This document shows positions 1 to 9,718 of a DNA stretch of 64,000 bases, piece by piece (the stretch's first letter is position 1; every line of letters starts with the position of its first letter). The translations under genes were made by a program, and so were the position numbers. The DNA is from Candidatus Gottesmanbacteria bacterium RIFCSPLOWO2_01_FULL_43_11b (GTDB lineage Bacteria; Patescibacteriota; Microgenomatia; UBA10105; UBA927): positions 694,579 to 758,578 of the forward strand of contig MFJV01000001.1 of the NCBI GenBank assembly GCA_001780985.1. The letters are read 5' to 3'. The notes under the pieces were generated by a model. It was not told where the DNA came from, did no database searches, and saw only the letters and a list, made by a program, of their open reading frames with translations.

Positions 1-216
1 CCGTCGATTTCAGATGAGGTATTGAAGATGCGCATCGAGGAATTGGATATTCCTACGCGAATCGTCAATGCGCTTGCCAATGGCGATATAGAAACCATCG
101 GGCAACTTTTAGGAACACCACGGGTTGAACTTCTCAAGGTAAAAAACCTGGGAACCAAGTCGCTCGCTGTTGTTGAAGAGAAGTTGCGAGAAAAAGGAGT
201 GGCATTGACTGTATGA
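1..216 (+). CDS. rpoA: DNA-directed RNA polymerase alpha subunit, C-terminal domain (5' partial at window edge)
   Basis: Frame 1 is open from nt 1. The translation ...IEELDIPTRIVNALANGDIETIGQLLGTPRVELLKVKNLGTKSLAVVEEKL matches the alpha-CTD helix-hairpin-helix region. rplQ follows directly, as in the canonical operon. Confidence 0.85.
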   Translation, partial: PSISDEVLKMRIEELDIPTRIVNALANGDIETIGQLLGTPRVELLKVKNLGTKSLAVVEEKLREKGVALTV

Positions 217-572
217 GACACGGATACTTTGGGCGGAAACTATCACGAAATACCAATGAACGCAAGCGTTTGCTTTTGGGTTTAGCACAGCAACTTATTA
301 AGTTTGGCAATATCACGACCACACTTCCCAAAGCAAAAGCAGTGCAGCCTATGGTAGAGAAGATGATAACGAAATCCAAGAAAGGAAAAGGGTGGGCTGC
401 GACACGATTCCCAAACAGAACAAGCGGTTATACGCGTATTATAAAACTTGGAACACGTCTTGGTGATAGCGCGCAGGAAGCCATACTCTCGTTTGTCGAT
501 CCAAAACCGGAAGCTAAGAAGCCGGTTAAAAAATCATATGCAAGGAAAAACAAAACCAACAAAAGCAAGTAA
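213..572 (+). CDS. rplQ: 50S ribosomal protein L17
   Basis: MRHGYFGRKLSRNTNERKRLLLGLAQQLIKFGNITTTLPKAKAVQPMVEKMITKSKKG is the L17 N-terminal signature. Its ATGA overlaps the rpoA stop. Confidence 0.9.
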   Translation: MRHGYFGRKLSRNTNERKRLLLGLAQQLIKFGNITTTLPKAKAVQPMVEKMITKSKKGKGWAATRFPNRTSGYTRIIKLGTRLGDSAQEAILSFVDPKPEAKKPVKKSYARKNKTNKSK

Positions 573-954
573 TATAAAGAGAACCTGGCACCTTGTGGAT
601 GTAAAGGATAAAGTGCTTGGCCGAATTGCGACGGATATCGCAGGTAAACTCATGGGAAAAAGTAAACCGTATTTTGTCCGAAACCTCGATTGCGGAGATT
701 ACGTCGTTGTGATTAATGCAAAACACGTTGCAGTTACCGGCAAAAAAGAAAAACAGAAAACCTATACAAACTACTCCGGATACCCGGGTGGTGATAAAAC
801 AAAAGCGTTATGGCAGATGAGAATTGAAAAACCAACAGAGATTATTCGAAGAGCTGTCTTTGGAATGCTCCCGAAAAATAAATTACGGGATATTATGATT
901 ACACGACTTTATATTTATCCGGAGAAAGAGCACCCACACGGAGACAAAATATGA
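538..954 (+). CDS. rplM: 50S ribosomal protein L13
   Basis: The ORF 448..954 contains the L13 motifs TWHLVDVKDKVLGRIAT, DCGDYVVVINA and VAVTGKK. I trimmed the start to ATG 538-540 (MQGKTKPTKASNIKRTWH), which gives a 35-nt overlap with rplQ. The start codon is uncertain. Confidence 0.8.
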   Translation: MQGKTKPTKASNIKRTWHLVDVKDKVLGRIATDIAGKLMGKSKPYFVRNLDCGDYVVVINAKHVAVTGKKEKQKTYTNYSGYPGGDKTKALWQMRIEKPTEIIRRAVFGMLPKNKLRDIMITRLYIYPEKEHPHGDKI

Positions 955-1370
955 GTGACAAAAAACCAACCTACTACGAAGCAGTTGGCAGACGCAAGAC
1001 ATCAAGTGCGCGGGTACGGCTCCATGTGGAAAGCGATGAAGCAAAAGGAACAATGACAGTCAATAACAGACCAGCAGAAAAATATTTCCCGGGTGAGGTT
1101 TTCAAAAGGATATATCTTGAACCCTTTAGGACAACCAATACTATTGGCAGGTTTTCAGTAACGGTGAAAGTTGAAGGCGGAGGATTATCAGGACAGTTGG
1201 GAGCAGTTTCTCATGGAATTTCACGGGCCCTTGTTAAAGTTGATCAGGAAAAATTTCAGCCGATCCTTCGAAAGCGCGGATTAATGACCCGCGACCCTCG
1301 TGCTAAAGAGCGTCGGAAAGCAGGCTTTGCCGGCAAAGCCCGCGCAAAGAAGCAATCTCCAAAACGATAA
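951..1370 (+). CDS. rpsI: 30S ribosomal protein S9
   Basis: YYEAVGRRKTSSARVRL plus the basic C-terminal tail RKRGLMTRDPRAKERRKAGFAGKARAKKQSPKR. Its ATGA overlaps the rplM stop. Confidence 0.9.
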   Translation: MSDKKPTYYEAVGRRKTSSARVRLHVESDEAKGTMTVNNRPAEKYFPGEVFKRIYLEPFRTTNTIGRFSVTVKVEGGGLSGQLGAVSHGISRALVKVDQEKFQPILRKRGLMTRDPRAKERRKAGFAGKARAKKQSPKR

Positions 1371-1375
1371 TTTTA

Positions 1376-2401
1376 TTATTCCCCGGCGGATATTTTTGCA
1401 GCTGTGTGGCCGGATTTGACGGCTTTCCAGATGTGGTCTGTCAAATCTTTAACGAGTTTGTGATTTTCCCGTAAGTAGAGTTTTGCCGCTTCCTTTCCTT
1501 GTCCCAGCATCTGCGTCCCGAATTTTAAGAATGCACCGGATTTATTCACAACACCAAGTTCCACCCCCACATCAATAAGCGCTCCTTCACGGGATATGCC
1601 GTCATGCATGACGTCAAATTCAGCCACACGAAATGGTGGAGAGACTTTATTTTTTACTACTCTCACACGGTGTCGGCTACCGATGACCCGATCGCCATCT
1701 TTGAGGCTTTCAATCTTTCGTGAATCCATGCGAATACTGGCATAAAACTTGAGGGCTAGTCCACCAGTGGTTGTTTCAGGATTCCCAAACATCACGCCAA
1801 TTTTTTGTCGCAATTGATTGGTAAACATCACGATTGTTTTTGATTTAGAAATAACAGCAGTGAGTTTTCGAAGCGCTTGTGACATGAGACGGGCATGAAC
1901 ACCCATCATGCTGTCACCCATTTCTCCTTCAATTTCTGCTCGCGGAACAAGGGCTGCGACAGAGTCGATGACGATAATGTCAATGCCACCGCTTCGAATA
2001 AGTGTTTCAGCAATTTCTAATGCTTGCTCACCCGTATCGGGTTGAGAAATTAGAAGATCATCAAGTTTTACTCCCAGTACTTCTGCCCATTGTGGATCAA
2101 GTGCATGTTCGGCATCAATAAATGCGGCTACACCTCCATTTTTTTGTGCTTCAGCGATCGTTGAAAGACAGACAGTGGTTTTTCCCGATGCTTCCGGCCC
2201 GTAAATTTCAACAACTCTTCCCCGAGGAAGTCCGCCGACACCGAGAGCAAGGTCAAGAGGTAAAATACCGGTTGAGATAACGCCAATGGCTTCCCGAACA
2301 TTTACTTTTTCTCCAAGCTTCATGATGGACCCTTTTCCGTACTGCTTTTCAATCTGATCCATCGCGAGCCGAATTGCTTGAAGTTTTTGATCGACGGCCA
2401 T
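1376..2401 (-). CDS. recA: recombinase RecA
   Basis: [16 protein letters not shown] is the Walker A motif. The loop regions, including [21 protein letters not shown], are RecA-like. I trimmed the start to the Met at 2399-2401 ([13 protein letters not shown]) because the longer ORF would run over tRNA-Pro. Confidence 0.95.
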   Translation of the reverse strand: MAVDQKLQAIRLAMDQIEKQYGKGSIMKLGEKVNVREAIGVISTGILPLDLALGVGGLPRGRVVEIYGPEASGKTTVCLSTIAEAQKNGGVAAFIDAEHALDPQWAEVLGVKLDDLLISQPDTGEQALEIAETLIRSGGIDIIVIDSVAALVPRAEIEGEMGDSMMGVHARLMSQALRKLTAVISKSKTIVMFTNQLRQKIGVMFGNPETTTGGLALKFYASIRMDSRKIESLKDGDRVIGSRHRVRVVKNKVSPPFRVAEFDVMHDGISREGALIDVGVELGVVNKSGAFLKFGTQMLGQGKEAAKLYLRENHKLVKDLTDHIWKAVKSGHTAAKISAGE

Positions 2402-2449
2402 ATGCGCCCCATTCTTACACAAAAAATGATAAAATACAAGCGGTTTAGG

Positions 2450-2525
2450 CGGGGCGTAGCTCAGTTGGTAGAGCACACGGCTGGGGGTCGTGTGGTCGCA
2501 CGTTCGAATCGTGTCGCCCCGACCA
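2450..2525 (+). tRNA. tRNA-Pro (anticodon GGG), CCA encoded
   Basis: I folded a cloverleaf by hand. Acceptor CGGGGCG/CGCCCCG, D arm GCTC-AGTTGGTA-GAGC, anticodon stem CACGG/TCGTG, loop CTGGGGG with U33 and G37, T arm GCACG-TTCGAAT-CGTGT, then A-CCA. Confidence 0.8.
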
Positions 2526-3064
2526 TGGAAAAGACTGCTCGTCCTGGATACGAATATTTGTCCGCATACATGCTTGGTAAAGTTATTCAGGACTTAACGG
2601 TTGAATTTTGTAACCGGTATATTGATAGAAGATCTAGAACCCATGACCAAATGGTTCAAGCAGCCAGATCAAATTGTCAAAATGTAGCTGAAGGATATTC
2701 TAATCCCTCATTAAAAGGTTATCTAAAACTAGCAGGGATTGCATATGGATCAAATGAGGAATTAACCAAAGATTATCAGGATTTTTTACGGCAGAGAAAA
2801 TTGCCAATTTGGGATAAAAACGATCTGAAAGTTAGGGAATTTAGGGGGTTTAGGGTGGTTTGGAAAACCCCAACATCCCTAAATACCCCAACACTCCCTA
2901 AAAAGCCAGTTGAAGCAGCGAACATGCTACTAACCTTTTGTAATCTAGATGGCTTCTTGCTTAAAAGGCTCCTAGCTTCCCTTATGGAAAAACATGAAAA
3001 AGAAGGCGGGCTGACAGAAAAAATGTATAGAAGACGAACTCAATATCGAAAAAATCATGGATAA
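2525..3064 (+). CDS. four-helix-bundle protein (23S rRNA intervening-sequence protein family)
   Basis: [14 protein letters not shown]...[18 protein letters not shown]...[14 protein letters not shown] fits the PF05635-type pattern, including the NIAEG motif. An extra segment sits before helix 4. The start ATG 2525-2527 overlaps the last base of the tRNA-Pro CCA. I rejected the longer upstream ORF. Confidence 0.65.
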   Translation: MEKTARPGYEYLSAYMLGKVIQDLTVEFCNRYIDRRSRTHDQMVQAARSNCQNVAEGYSNPSLKGYLKLAGIAYGSNEELTKDYQDFLRQRKLPIWDKNDLKVREFRGFRVVWKTPTSLNTPTLPKKPVEAANMLLTFCNLDGFLLKRLLASLMEKHEKEGGLTEKMYRRRTQYRKNHG

Positions 3065-3491
3065 TTTGTATTATGAAAGGTTGATGAATGCGGTTATCAG
3101 ATTTGTATCGTTTCGTCCAAGAAGCGAAAAGGAAATTCGAGATTTTCTTACAAAAAAAATAATCAAGTGGAAAGTATCAGACGATCTCCTTCTAAATAAA
3201 GTTATCGACCGAATGGAAGACCTGGGATACATCGATGACAAAAAATTTGCCGACTGGTGGGTGGAGCAGCGAACACGGTTTCGGCCGAAAGGCAATCGGG
3301 TTATTGAGTATGAACTTTATCAAAAAGGAATCGCAAAAGATATAATTTCTGACGCTTTAATGGCACGAAATTCCGTAGAAGCGGCACGAAAAGCCGTTGC
3401 AAAAAAGAATTTTGATAAAAAGAAACTCTATGAGTATCTCACCAGACGCGGGTTTGACGCAGATACCATAAAAAAGGTACAATATGAGTAG
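3057..3491 (+). CDS. recX: recombination regulator RecX
   Basis: It has RecX family length and helical repeat character (RFVSFRPRSEKEIRDFLTKK...DDKKFADWWVEQR...YEYLTRRGFDADTI). It is divergent from recA rather than co-operonic. Confidence 0.75.
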   Translation: MDNLYYERLMNAVIRFVSFRPRSEKEIRDFLTKKIIKWKVSDDLLLNKVIDRMEDLGYIDDKKFADWWVEQRTRFRPKGNRVIEYELYQKGIAKDIISDALMARNSVEAARKAVAKKNFDKKKLYEYLTRRGFDADTIKKVQYE

Positions 3492-3602
3492 ATTTTTGGA
3501 GACTGAAACAGCAAATATGAACTTCATAGAAATACACACGTTACGAGCCGCATAAATTGCGGGATTTTTGCTGCACTTCTTCTTCCATAAATCTCTTACT
3601 CT

Positions 3603-5057
3603 ATGTTTGATGTACTTAAAACTCTCTCGACGCTTGTTCAAAACCGATCGCCAAAACAACAATCGTCTCCCCCCCCAGCGCACAAAGCGACACCAAAACC
3701 CGTAAAACAAGTGGCTTCAGTCGACGTAAGTGCTCAAATTCGTTTAGCAGAGGCACAAGCTCGTGAAATTCTCCTTGAGGCAAAAGATGAAGCACGAAAC
3801 AAACTTATTGCCATAGAACGCCGGGAGGGAGCCGTTGAGGAACGAGAAAAGAGAGCGAATGAGTTTGAGGAAAGAGTGAAAAAAACACTTGCTGAAATGG
3901 AAAAATTGAAAGCTGATGAACTTGCCAAGCTTCAAAAAATCGCAAGTCTCACACGGAGCGAAGCGAAAGATATTATTTTAGCTAGCCTCAAAGACGAGCT
4001 CAAAGTTGAAATGGCAAAACTTATTAAAGAAGAAGAGGCGGGGGCTCACGAAGAGGCGGAAAAGAAAGCAAAAGAAATACTCGTTGATGCGATGCGTCAC
4101 GGCGCCACGGACTATGTTCCCGAGTTTACTGTTTCGGTTGTAAAAGTTACAGACGAAGAAATGAAAGGGAGAATTATTGGGAAAGAAGGCAGAAATATTC
4201 GCGCATTCGAGATGGCAACAGGGGTTGATGTTGATTTAGACGAGGAGGGAGTTATTCGATTATCAAGTTTTGATCCTGTCAGGCGAGAAATTGCCCGCAT
4301 TAGTCTCGAGAGACTCCTACGTGATGGGCGTGTGCAACCGACGCGAATTGAAGAACTTGTTGATATCGTTAAAAAAGAAACTGAGAGAATTATGTTTGAT
4401 GAGGGACAAAAGCTCTGTCATTCAGTTGGCGTCTATAATTTACCGGCTCCATTAGTTGCGATGCTAGGGCGATTTAAATACCGTTTCTCGTATGGTCAAA
4501 ATATGATCGCGCATACACTTGAAGAAACAAAAATTGGCATTGCATTAGGTCAGGAAGTTGGAGCTGATGTTAACGTCGTACGGTTGGGATGTTTACTTCA
4601 TGATATCGGGAAAATAGTGACAGACGAAGAGGGGAGCCATGTTGAACTTGGCGTCTCTCTTCTTAAAAAATATGGCCTACCGCAAAAAGTGATTGATTGT
4701 GTTGCGCAGCACCATGAAGACACACCGTTTTCAAGCATTGAGTCGATGATTGTGTATATCTCTGATGCAATTTCCGGTAGCCGTCCCGGTGCAAGGTATG
4801 AAGATATCGAAGGCTACATTAAGCGTTTGAATGATCTTGAAACAATTGCTAAATCCCATAAGGGAGTTAAAGAAGCATTTGCATTTCAAGCGGGACGGGA
4901 ACTGCGGATTATCGTTGATCCGGGTAGTGTTGATGATGCTGCTTCCTCTGTTATGGCTCATGAAGTAAAGGAAGAAGTTGAAAAGAAAATGACCTATCCG
5001 GGACAGATAAAAATTTCCGTTATTCGCGAACTTCGAGCAACGGAAATTGCAAAGTGA
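3603..5057 (+). CDS. rny: ribonuclease Y
   Basis: A KH domain (GRIIGKEGRNIRAFEMATGVDVDLD) is followed by an HD domain (AHTLEE...LLHDIGK...HHE), with an N-terminal coiled-coil region. Confidence 0.9.
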   Translation: MFDVLKTLSTLVQNRSPKQQSSPPPAHKATPKPVKQVASVDVSAQIRLAEAQAREILLEAKDEARNKLIAIERREGAVEEREKRANEFEERVKKTLAEMEKLKADELAKLQKIASLTRSEAKDIILASLKDELKVEMAKLIKEEEAGAHEEAEKKAKEILVDAMRHGATDYVPEFTVSVVKVTDEEMKGRIIGKEGRNIRAFEMATGVDVDLDEEGVIRLSSFDPVRREIARISLERLLRDGRVQPTRIEELVDIVKKETERIMFDEGQKLCHSVGVYNLPAPLVAMLGRFKYRFSYGQNMIAHTLEETKIGIALGQEVGADVNVVRLGCLLHDIGKIVTDEEGSHVELGVSLLKKYGLPQKVIDCVAQHHEDTPFSSIESMIVYISDAISGSRPGARYEDIEGYIKRLNDLETIAKSHKGVKEAFAFQAGRELRIIVDPGSVDDAASSVMAHEVKEEVEKKMTYPGQIKISVIRELRATEIAK

Positions 5058-5067
5058 TTTTGCTATC

Positions 5068-5096
5068 TTGACAGAATAATCCAAATTGTCTACATT
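5068..5096 (+). promoter_or_regulatory. sigma70-like promoter upstream of hup (TTGACA, 17 nt, TACATT)
   Basis: TTGACA at 5068-5073, a 17-nt spacer and TACATT at 5091-5096. A CCCGTTagaaCGGGAC hairpin and the GGAGGTG SD follow. I identified these by eye. Confidence 0.4.
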
Positions 5097-5178
5097 GCCT
5101 CGTAGATCCCGTTAGAACGGGACAAGAAAAATTTTTTCTTGTTATTACCTTCTGCTCAGATCGGAGGTGAAATTCAAA

Positions 5179-5451
5179 ATGACAAAAGCAGATCTTGTTG
5201 AGGTTGTTGCCAAAAAGGCAAGCCTTACAGCAAAAGCAGCGAGAGAATCAGTCGCAGCCGTATTCGGTGCAGTGACTGATGCTCTTAAAAAGGGAGATAA
5301 AGTGGTCGTGACCGGTTTTGGAACGTTTATGGTCAGATCACGGAAAGCTCGTACCGGAAGAAATCCACAAACTGGAGCGCCTATTAACATTCCCGCCCGC
5401 AAAACTCCAGGATTTACAGCCGGAAAAGCACTCAAGAAAGTCGTACGGTAA
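5179..5451 (+). CDS. hup: DNA-binding protein HU
   Basis: MTKADLVEVVAKKASLTAKAARESVAAVFGAVTDALKKGDKVVVTGFGTF...RNPQTGAPINIPARKTPGFTAGKALK. The SD GGAGGTG lies 9 nt upstream of ATG 5179. Confidence 0.9.
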   Translation: MTKADLVEVVAKKASLTAKAARESVAAVFGAVTDALKKGDKVVVTGFGTFMVRSRKARTGRNPQTGAPINIPARKTPGFTAGKALKKVVR

Positions 5452-5472
5452 ATATAACGAAAATAGATAAAC

Positions 5473-5503
5473 AATCCCGACGACCGTCGACGGAGTCGGG
5501 ATT
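5473..5503 (+). terminator. near-perfect 31-nt palindrome after hup (AATCCCGAC-g-a-CCGTCGACGG-a-GTCGGGATT)
   Basis: Read directly. It is followed by TGTT, so the T-tract is weak. Confidence 0.45.
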
Positions 5504-5523
5504 TGTTATACTTACCTATAGAT

Positions 5524-6501
5524 ATGGTTATCTCCGTTTCTCATTTAAAGAAATATTATCGTATTCATAAAAAAGAGCCGGGAGTCATAGGTTCAATAAC
5601 ATCGCTGATATCGCGAACATACGAAAACGTCCGTGCTGTTGATGACATTTCGTTTTCGATAGATGAAGGAGAACTCGTGGGCTTTATCGGACCAAATGGT
5701 GCCGGTAAGACGACGACACTCAAGTGTCTCTCAGGACTTTTGTATCCTACAAGCGGTAAAGTAAGCGTTCTTGGATATACTCCTTTTGAACGAAAGCACG
5801 AATATCTCAAGAAGATTTCTCTGGTCATGGGACAGAAAAATCAACTCTGGTGGGATTTGCCCGCAATTGAAACCTTTCTCCTCAATAAAGAAATCTATGA
5901 AATTGCCGATGATCAGTATAAAAAAACATTGAATGAACTGGTCGATTTACTTGAAGTAGAAAGCCTTTTGAAAGTGCAAGTTCGTAAACTTTCTCTCGGA
6001 GAGCGGATGAAGATGGAGCTTATTGCGGCCCTAATTCATGCACCGCAAGTTCTTTTTCTTGATGAACCAACCATCGGACTTGATGTGGTGATGCAAAAGA
6101 AAATGCGGGATTTTATTAAAGAATATAACACCCGTCACGCCTCAACTATTCTTCTCACCTCTCATTATATGGAAGATGTGCGACAACTCGCCCGCCGCGT
6201 GATCATCATTGATCACGGGAAACTTCTCTATGACGGAAAACTGGATAATTTAGTGAAAAGGTATGCAAAACATAAAGTATTATCGATTGTATTAGAAACT
6301 TACGTATCGCCTGATAAACTCTCTGAAGTTGGAGAACTTGTTGAGTATGATTTTCCTCATGCCGTCATTCGGGTTGACCGGGGGGCAAGCAATATGGCAG
6401 CATCACAGATTCTTCAAAAATTTCCCGTTGATGATCTCAATATCGAAGAGCCTGACATAGAAGACATTATCCGCGATGTCTTCACAAAGAAAAACGCATG
6501 A
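5524..6501 (+). CDS. ABC transporter ATP-binding protein (ABC-2 type)
   Basis: Walker A GPNGAGKTTT, signature LSLGERMK, Walker B LLFLDEPTIGLD, and an H-loop (SHYMED). I trimmed the start to ATG 5524. Confidence 0.85.
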   Translation: MVISVSHLKKYYRIHKKEPGVIGSITSLISRTYENVRAVDDISFSIDEGELVGFIGPNGAGKTTTLKCLSGLLYPTSGKVSVLGYTPFERKHEYLKKISLVMGQKNQLWWDLPAIETFLLNKEIYEIADDQYKKTLNELVDLLEVESLLKVQVRKLSLGERMKMELIAALIHAPQVLFLDEPTIGLDVVMQKKMRDFIKEYNTRHASTILLTSHYMEDVRQLARRVIIIDHGKLLYDGKLDNLVKRYAKHKVLSIVLETYVSPDKLSEVGELVEYDFPHAVIRVDRGASNMAASQILQKFPVDDLNIEEPDIEDIIRDVFTKKNA

Positions 6502-6507
6502 TATTCT

Positions 6508-7305
6508 ATGAAGTATGTCAAAATATTTTTGCTTCATTTTCAAGAAGCAACCGACGAACGAAGTAGAATGTTCGTATGGTTTCTTATTTCGCTTATAAAT
6601 CCACTCGTCTATCTCCTTTTTTGGCGCGGAGCGCATACAAGCCTTCCAGAAACAACGAACCAATGGCAACTATCAGGATTTGCTTCATACTATGTTCTTT
6701 TGATACTTGCCGGCTCTTTCCTTAGAGTGCATATTGAAGAGTATATTGCGTACTATGATATTGAGCTTGGTTACTTAGCAAACTCACTCCTCAAACCAGT
6801 TTCCTATTTTTGGTATCAGTTTTTTCATGAATTGCCGTATCGGCTTCTTGAAACATCGTTTGGCATACTTGTTTTTTTATTATTTGTCATAAACCTTCCC
6901 GGCCTCATCCAACTTACTGGAAAGTTAGAATATATACTGTTAAGTATTTTCATTCTTTTTGCCGGATATTTTCTTTCCTATCTTCTTAAAATATCTTTAG
7001 GGCTGAGTGCACTTTTTACAACTGACTTTCGGGGGTTGTCTGAACTGCTTGAAGTTACCCTTCTTCTTTTCGGAGGATTTGTACTTCCATTGGATCTTTT
7101 TCCTGATACTCTCAAACAATTTCTTTTCGTACTACCTTTTCCGTATATGTTTTATTTTCCGGTCGTTGCATTTCTTGGTCGATTAACAATTGAAGAGCTT
7201 TTAAAAACAATAGTGATTCAACTTACATGGATTGTTGGATTTATGATTTTGTACAGAATCATCTGGAATAAAGGAATACGGTTGTTTACGGGTGTGGGTC
7301 GATAA
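6508..7305 (+). CDS. ABC-2 family transporter permease (type A1)
   Basis: It has six predicted TM segments. It is the paralogue of 8099..8896: LPFPYMFYFPVVAFLG here versus LPFSYFIYFPLKVYLG there. Confidence 0.7.
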   Translation: MKYVKIFLLHFQEATDERSRMFVWFLISLINPLVYLLFWRGAHTSLPETTNQWQLSGFASYYVLLILAGSFLRVHIEEYIAYYDIELGYLANSLLKPVSYFWYQFFHELPYRLLETSFGILVFLLFVINLPGLIQLTGKLEYILLSIFILFAGYFLSYLLKISLGLSALFTTDFRGLSELLEVTLLLFGGFVLPLDLFPDTLKQFLFVLPFPYMFYFPVVAFLGRLTIEELLKTIVIQLTWIVGFMILYRIIWNKGIRLFTGVGR

Positions 7306-7308
7306 CCT

Positions 7309-8097
7309 ATGAAAGCATATTTAAAAATTTATAAAATGCTTCTTAAAATAAATTTTTCCTCACTTGTTATGTATAGAAGTAATTTTATCAATAGCACTCT
7401 GTCTAGTATGGCGTGGGCTGTTTTTAATTTTGTAGGTATTATTATTCTCACATCGAGAGTTTCAACAGTATTTGGGTGGAAAAGAGAAGAATTAATAGTT
7501 TTGACTGCATCTTTCACTATTTTAACAGGAATATTTCACATGCTCTTTTCTAAGAATTTTGAAAGGATTCCAAAACTTGCTAACAGCGGCGATCTCGACC
7601 GGATACTTCTCTATCCAATCGATTCTCAATTTTCTGTTAGTTTTTGGGAAATACATTATAGCCATTTAATACGAATACCAGTTGGCATAGGAATTTTATT
7701 CTATCTTTTTGGATTACTTAAAATTTCTATTACATGGCAGCAGATAATTATGTTTATGTTTTTTCTTGTCGTCGGACTAATTATCCAGTATTGTATATGG
7801 TTTTTGGCAACAACGATCACTGTCCGACTTACAAGATTGTCAAACATTCCAGAGGTTCTCTATTCAGTAACCGGTATAGCTCGGTATCCGCGTGAGCTTT
7901 TTCGGCAGTTAACTGATTATGTGTTTATTTTTCTTCTGCCATTGACATTGATTATTGTTACTCCAGTAAAGGTCCTTTTTAATCAATTGACGCTTAGTGA
8001 AATTTTTCTATTCTTTGGAGTAGCGATAAGTTTTTTATATATTTCCCGAAAGTTTTGGAAATATTCACTCCGATACTATACAAGCGCAAGTAGTTAA
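7309..8097 (+). CDS. ABC-2 family transporter permease (type B1)
   Basis: Polytopic membrane protein. It is the paralogue of 8893..9684 (GDLDRILLYPIDSQF versus GDFDLVLTKPMNPLF). Both end in ...YYTSASS / ...QYSSASS. Confidence 0.7.
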   Translation: MKAYLKIYKMLLKINFSSLVMYRSNFINSTLSSMAWAVFNFVGIIILTSRVSTVFGWKREELIVLTASFTILTGIFHMLFSKNFERIPKLANSGDLDRILLYPIDSQFSVSFWEIHYSHLIRIPVGIGILFYLFGLLKISITWQQIIMFMFFLVVGLIIQYCIWFLATTITVRLTRLSNIPEVLYSVTGIARYPRELFRQLTDYVFIFLLPLTLIIVTPVKVLFNQLTLSEIFLFFGVAISFLYISRKFWKYSLRYYTSASS

Positions 8098-8098
8098 A

Positions 8099-8896
8099 GT
8101 GATGAAAAAATATTTTCAGATTATTAAGGGCACGTGGGCGGAGTACATGGTGTACCGCTTAAGTTTCGTTTTGTGGCGTGTGAGGATTGTCATGCAGCTT
8201 TTAGTAACGTACTTTCTTTGGTGGGCTATTTTTTCACAACACGAGACGCTATTCGGATATACACAATCAATGATGCTTACCTATATTCTATTAAGTGCAG
8301 TTGTGCGGCCGTTTGTGATGGGAACAAGAACGCAAGAAGTGGGTATGATGATTAATGACGGAAGTCTATCTAATTATCTCACCCGACCAATAAATCTCTT
8401 TCGTCTTTTTTGGAGCCGGGATATTGCAGATAAATCTCTAAATATTATATTTGCCATTGGCGAGATTGCCATATTGATATTACTTCTTAAACCATCAATT
8501 ATTTTGCAAGCGAATATAACCGTGTTACTTTTTACTTTTCTAGCACTCGTAATTGGTGTAGTGCTCTTTTTTTATTTCAGCATGTTACTTTCACTGTTAG
8601 GGTTTTGGACTTCTGAGATATGGGGACCAAGATTTTTGTCATTTATATTGGTTGAATTTTTTGGAGGCATGCTTTTTCCTCTTGATATTCTGCCGGAATC
8701 TCTGTTTCGGGTGAGCACACTCTTGCCGTTTTCCTACTTTATCTATTTCCCGCTCAAAGTGTACCTTGGTCAACTCAGTGTAATTTCCATGATTTCTGGA
8801 TTAGGAGTAGGACTTGTATGGGCGCTCGGCCTCAAGTTGCTTACGGAACTACTTTGGAGACGGGGATTGATGGTTTATTCGTCAGAGGGAAAATGA
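8099..8896 (+). CDS. ABC-2 family transporter permease (type A2)
   Basis: See 6508..7305. Confidence 0.7.
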   Translation: MMKKYFQIIKGTWAEYMVYRLSFVLWRVRIVMQLLVTYFLWWAIFSQHETLFGYTQSMMLTYILLSAVVRPFVMGTRTQEVGMMINDGSLSNYLTRPINLFRLFWSRDIADKSLNIIFAIGEIAILILLLKPSIILQANITVLLFTFLALVIGVVLFFYFSMLLSLLGFWTSEIWGPRFLSFILVEFFGGMLFPLDILPESLFRVSTLLPFSYFIYFPLKVYLGQLSVISMISGLGVGLVWALGLKLLTELLWRRGLMVYSSEGK

Positions 8897-9684
8897 AAAC
8901 AGTAAGAAAATACTTTATTCTTTGGGGAAAACTGACTGCAAATTCTTTTTTATCTATACTAGCTTCCCGGTTTGGTGCGAGTATTTTTCTTTTGGGAAAA
9001 ACACTCCGTTTTCTCTTTTTTTTCGTGTTCCTATTGACCATATTTACAAAAATTTCCTTCATCGCAACGTATTCAGTTGCTCAAGCGGTTTTTTTCTTTC
9101 TCACCTTTAATCTCATTGATACAACAACACAACTTTTTTTCCGTGAAGTATATAGGTTTCGTCAACTCGTGGTAACCGGAGATTTTGATTTAGTATTAAC
9201 CAAACCCATGAACCCCCTTTTTCGAGCTCTCGTTGGAGGAGCAGATCCTCTGGATTTACTTATGCTCATCCCATATATAGGATTACTCATCTACCTTTCA
9301 CTTCAGTTGGGCGGCATACAATTTTGGTCTGTAACTCTGTATTTGATACTTATATTGAATGGTTTCCTTATTGCGGCAGGTTTTCATATATTAGTACTTG
9401 CGCTTGCGGTGGTAACGACCGAAATAGATCACACAATTATGATTTACCGGGATTTAACCAGTATGGGGAGGGTACCGATTGATATTTACAGAGAACCACT
9501 GCGTGGTATTCTCACGTTTATTATCCCCATAGGTATCATGATGACGTTTCCGGCAAAAGCATTCTTAGGACTGTTATCGCCAACATCAATGCTGTTAGCC
9601 TTTATCGTAGGGCTAGTCTTTTTTATTCTTTCTGTACGGATTTGGCGCTTTGCGCTGACTCAGTATAGCTCTGCATCCAGTTGA
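8893..9684 (+). CDS. ABC-2 family transporter permease (type B2)
   Basis: I trimmed the start to ATG 8893, which overlaps the previous stop as ATGA. See 7309..8097. Confidence 0.7.
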   Translation: MKTVRKYFILWGKLTANSFLSILASRFGASIFLLGKTLRFLFFFVFLLTIFTKISFIATYSVAQAVFFFLTFNLIDTTTQLFFREVYRFRQLVVTGDFDLVLTKPMNPLFRALVGGADPLDLLMLIPYIGLLIYLSLQLGGIQFWSVTLYLILILNGFLIAAGFHILVLALAVVTTEIDHTIMIYRDLTSMGRVPIDIYREPLRGILTFIIPIGIMMTFPAKAFLGLLSPTSMLLAFIVGLVFFILSVRIWRFALTQYSSASS

Positions 9685-9718
9685 CGTAGCAAGGATTATT
9701 CGTGTAGACTTATACAAC

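Noticed and set aside
2378-2524. N-terminal extension of ORF 2378..3064 ([15 protein letters not shown]...) running across tRNA-Pro
   Set aside because: It overlaps a well-folded tRNA on the same strand. The protein-family similarity only begins after Met 2525, so I trimmed to that start.
3734-3935. Short antisense ORFs inside rny, sufB, lon, miaA, secD and similar genes (e.g. 3734..3928, 11291..11860, 16918..17367, 39359..39598, 47069..47479)
   Set aside because: They are embedded opposite well-supported genes and have no RBS. Their low-complexity or odd composition is typical of antisense frames.
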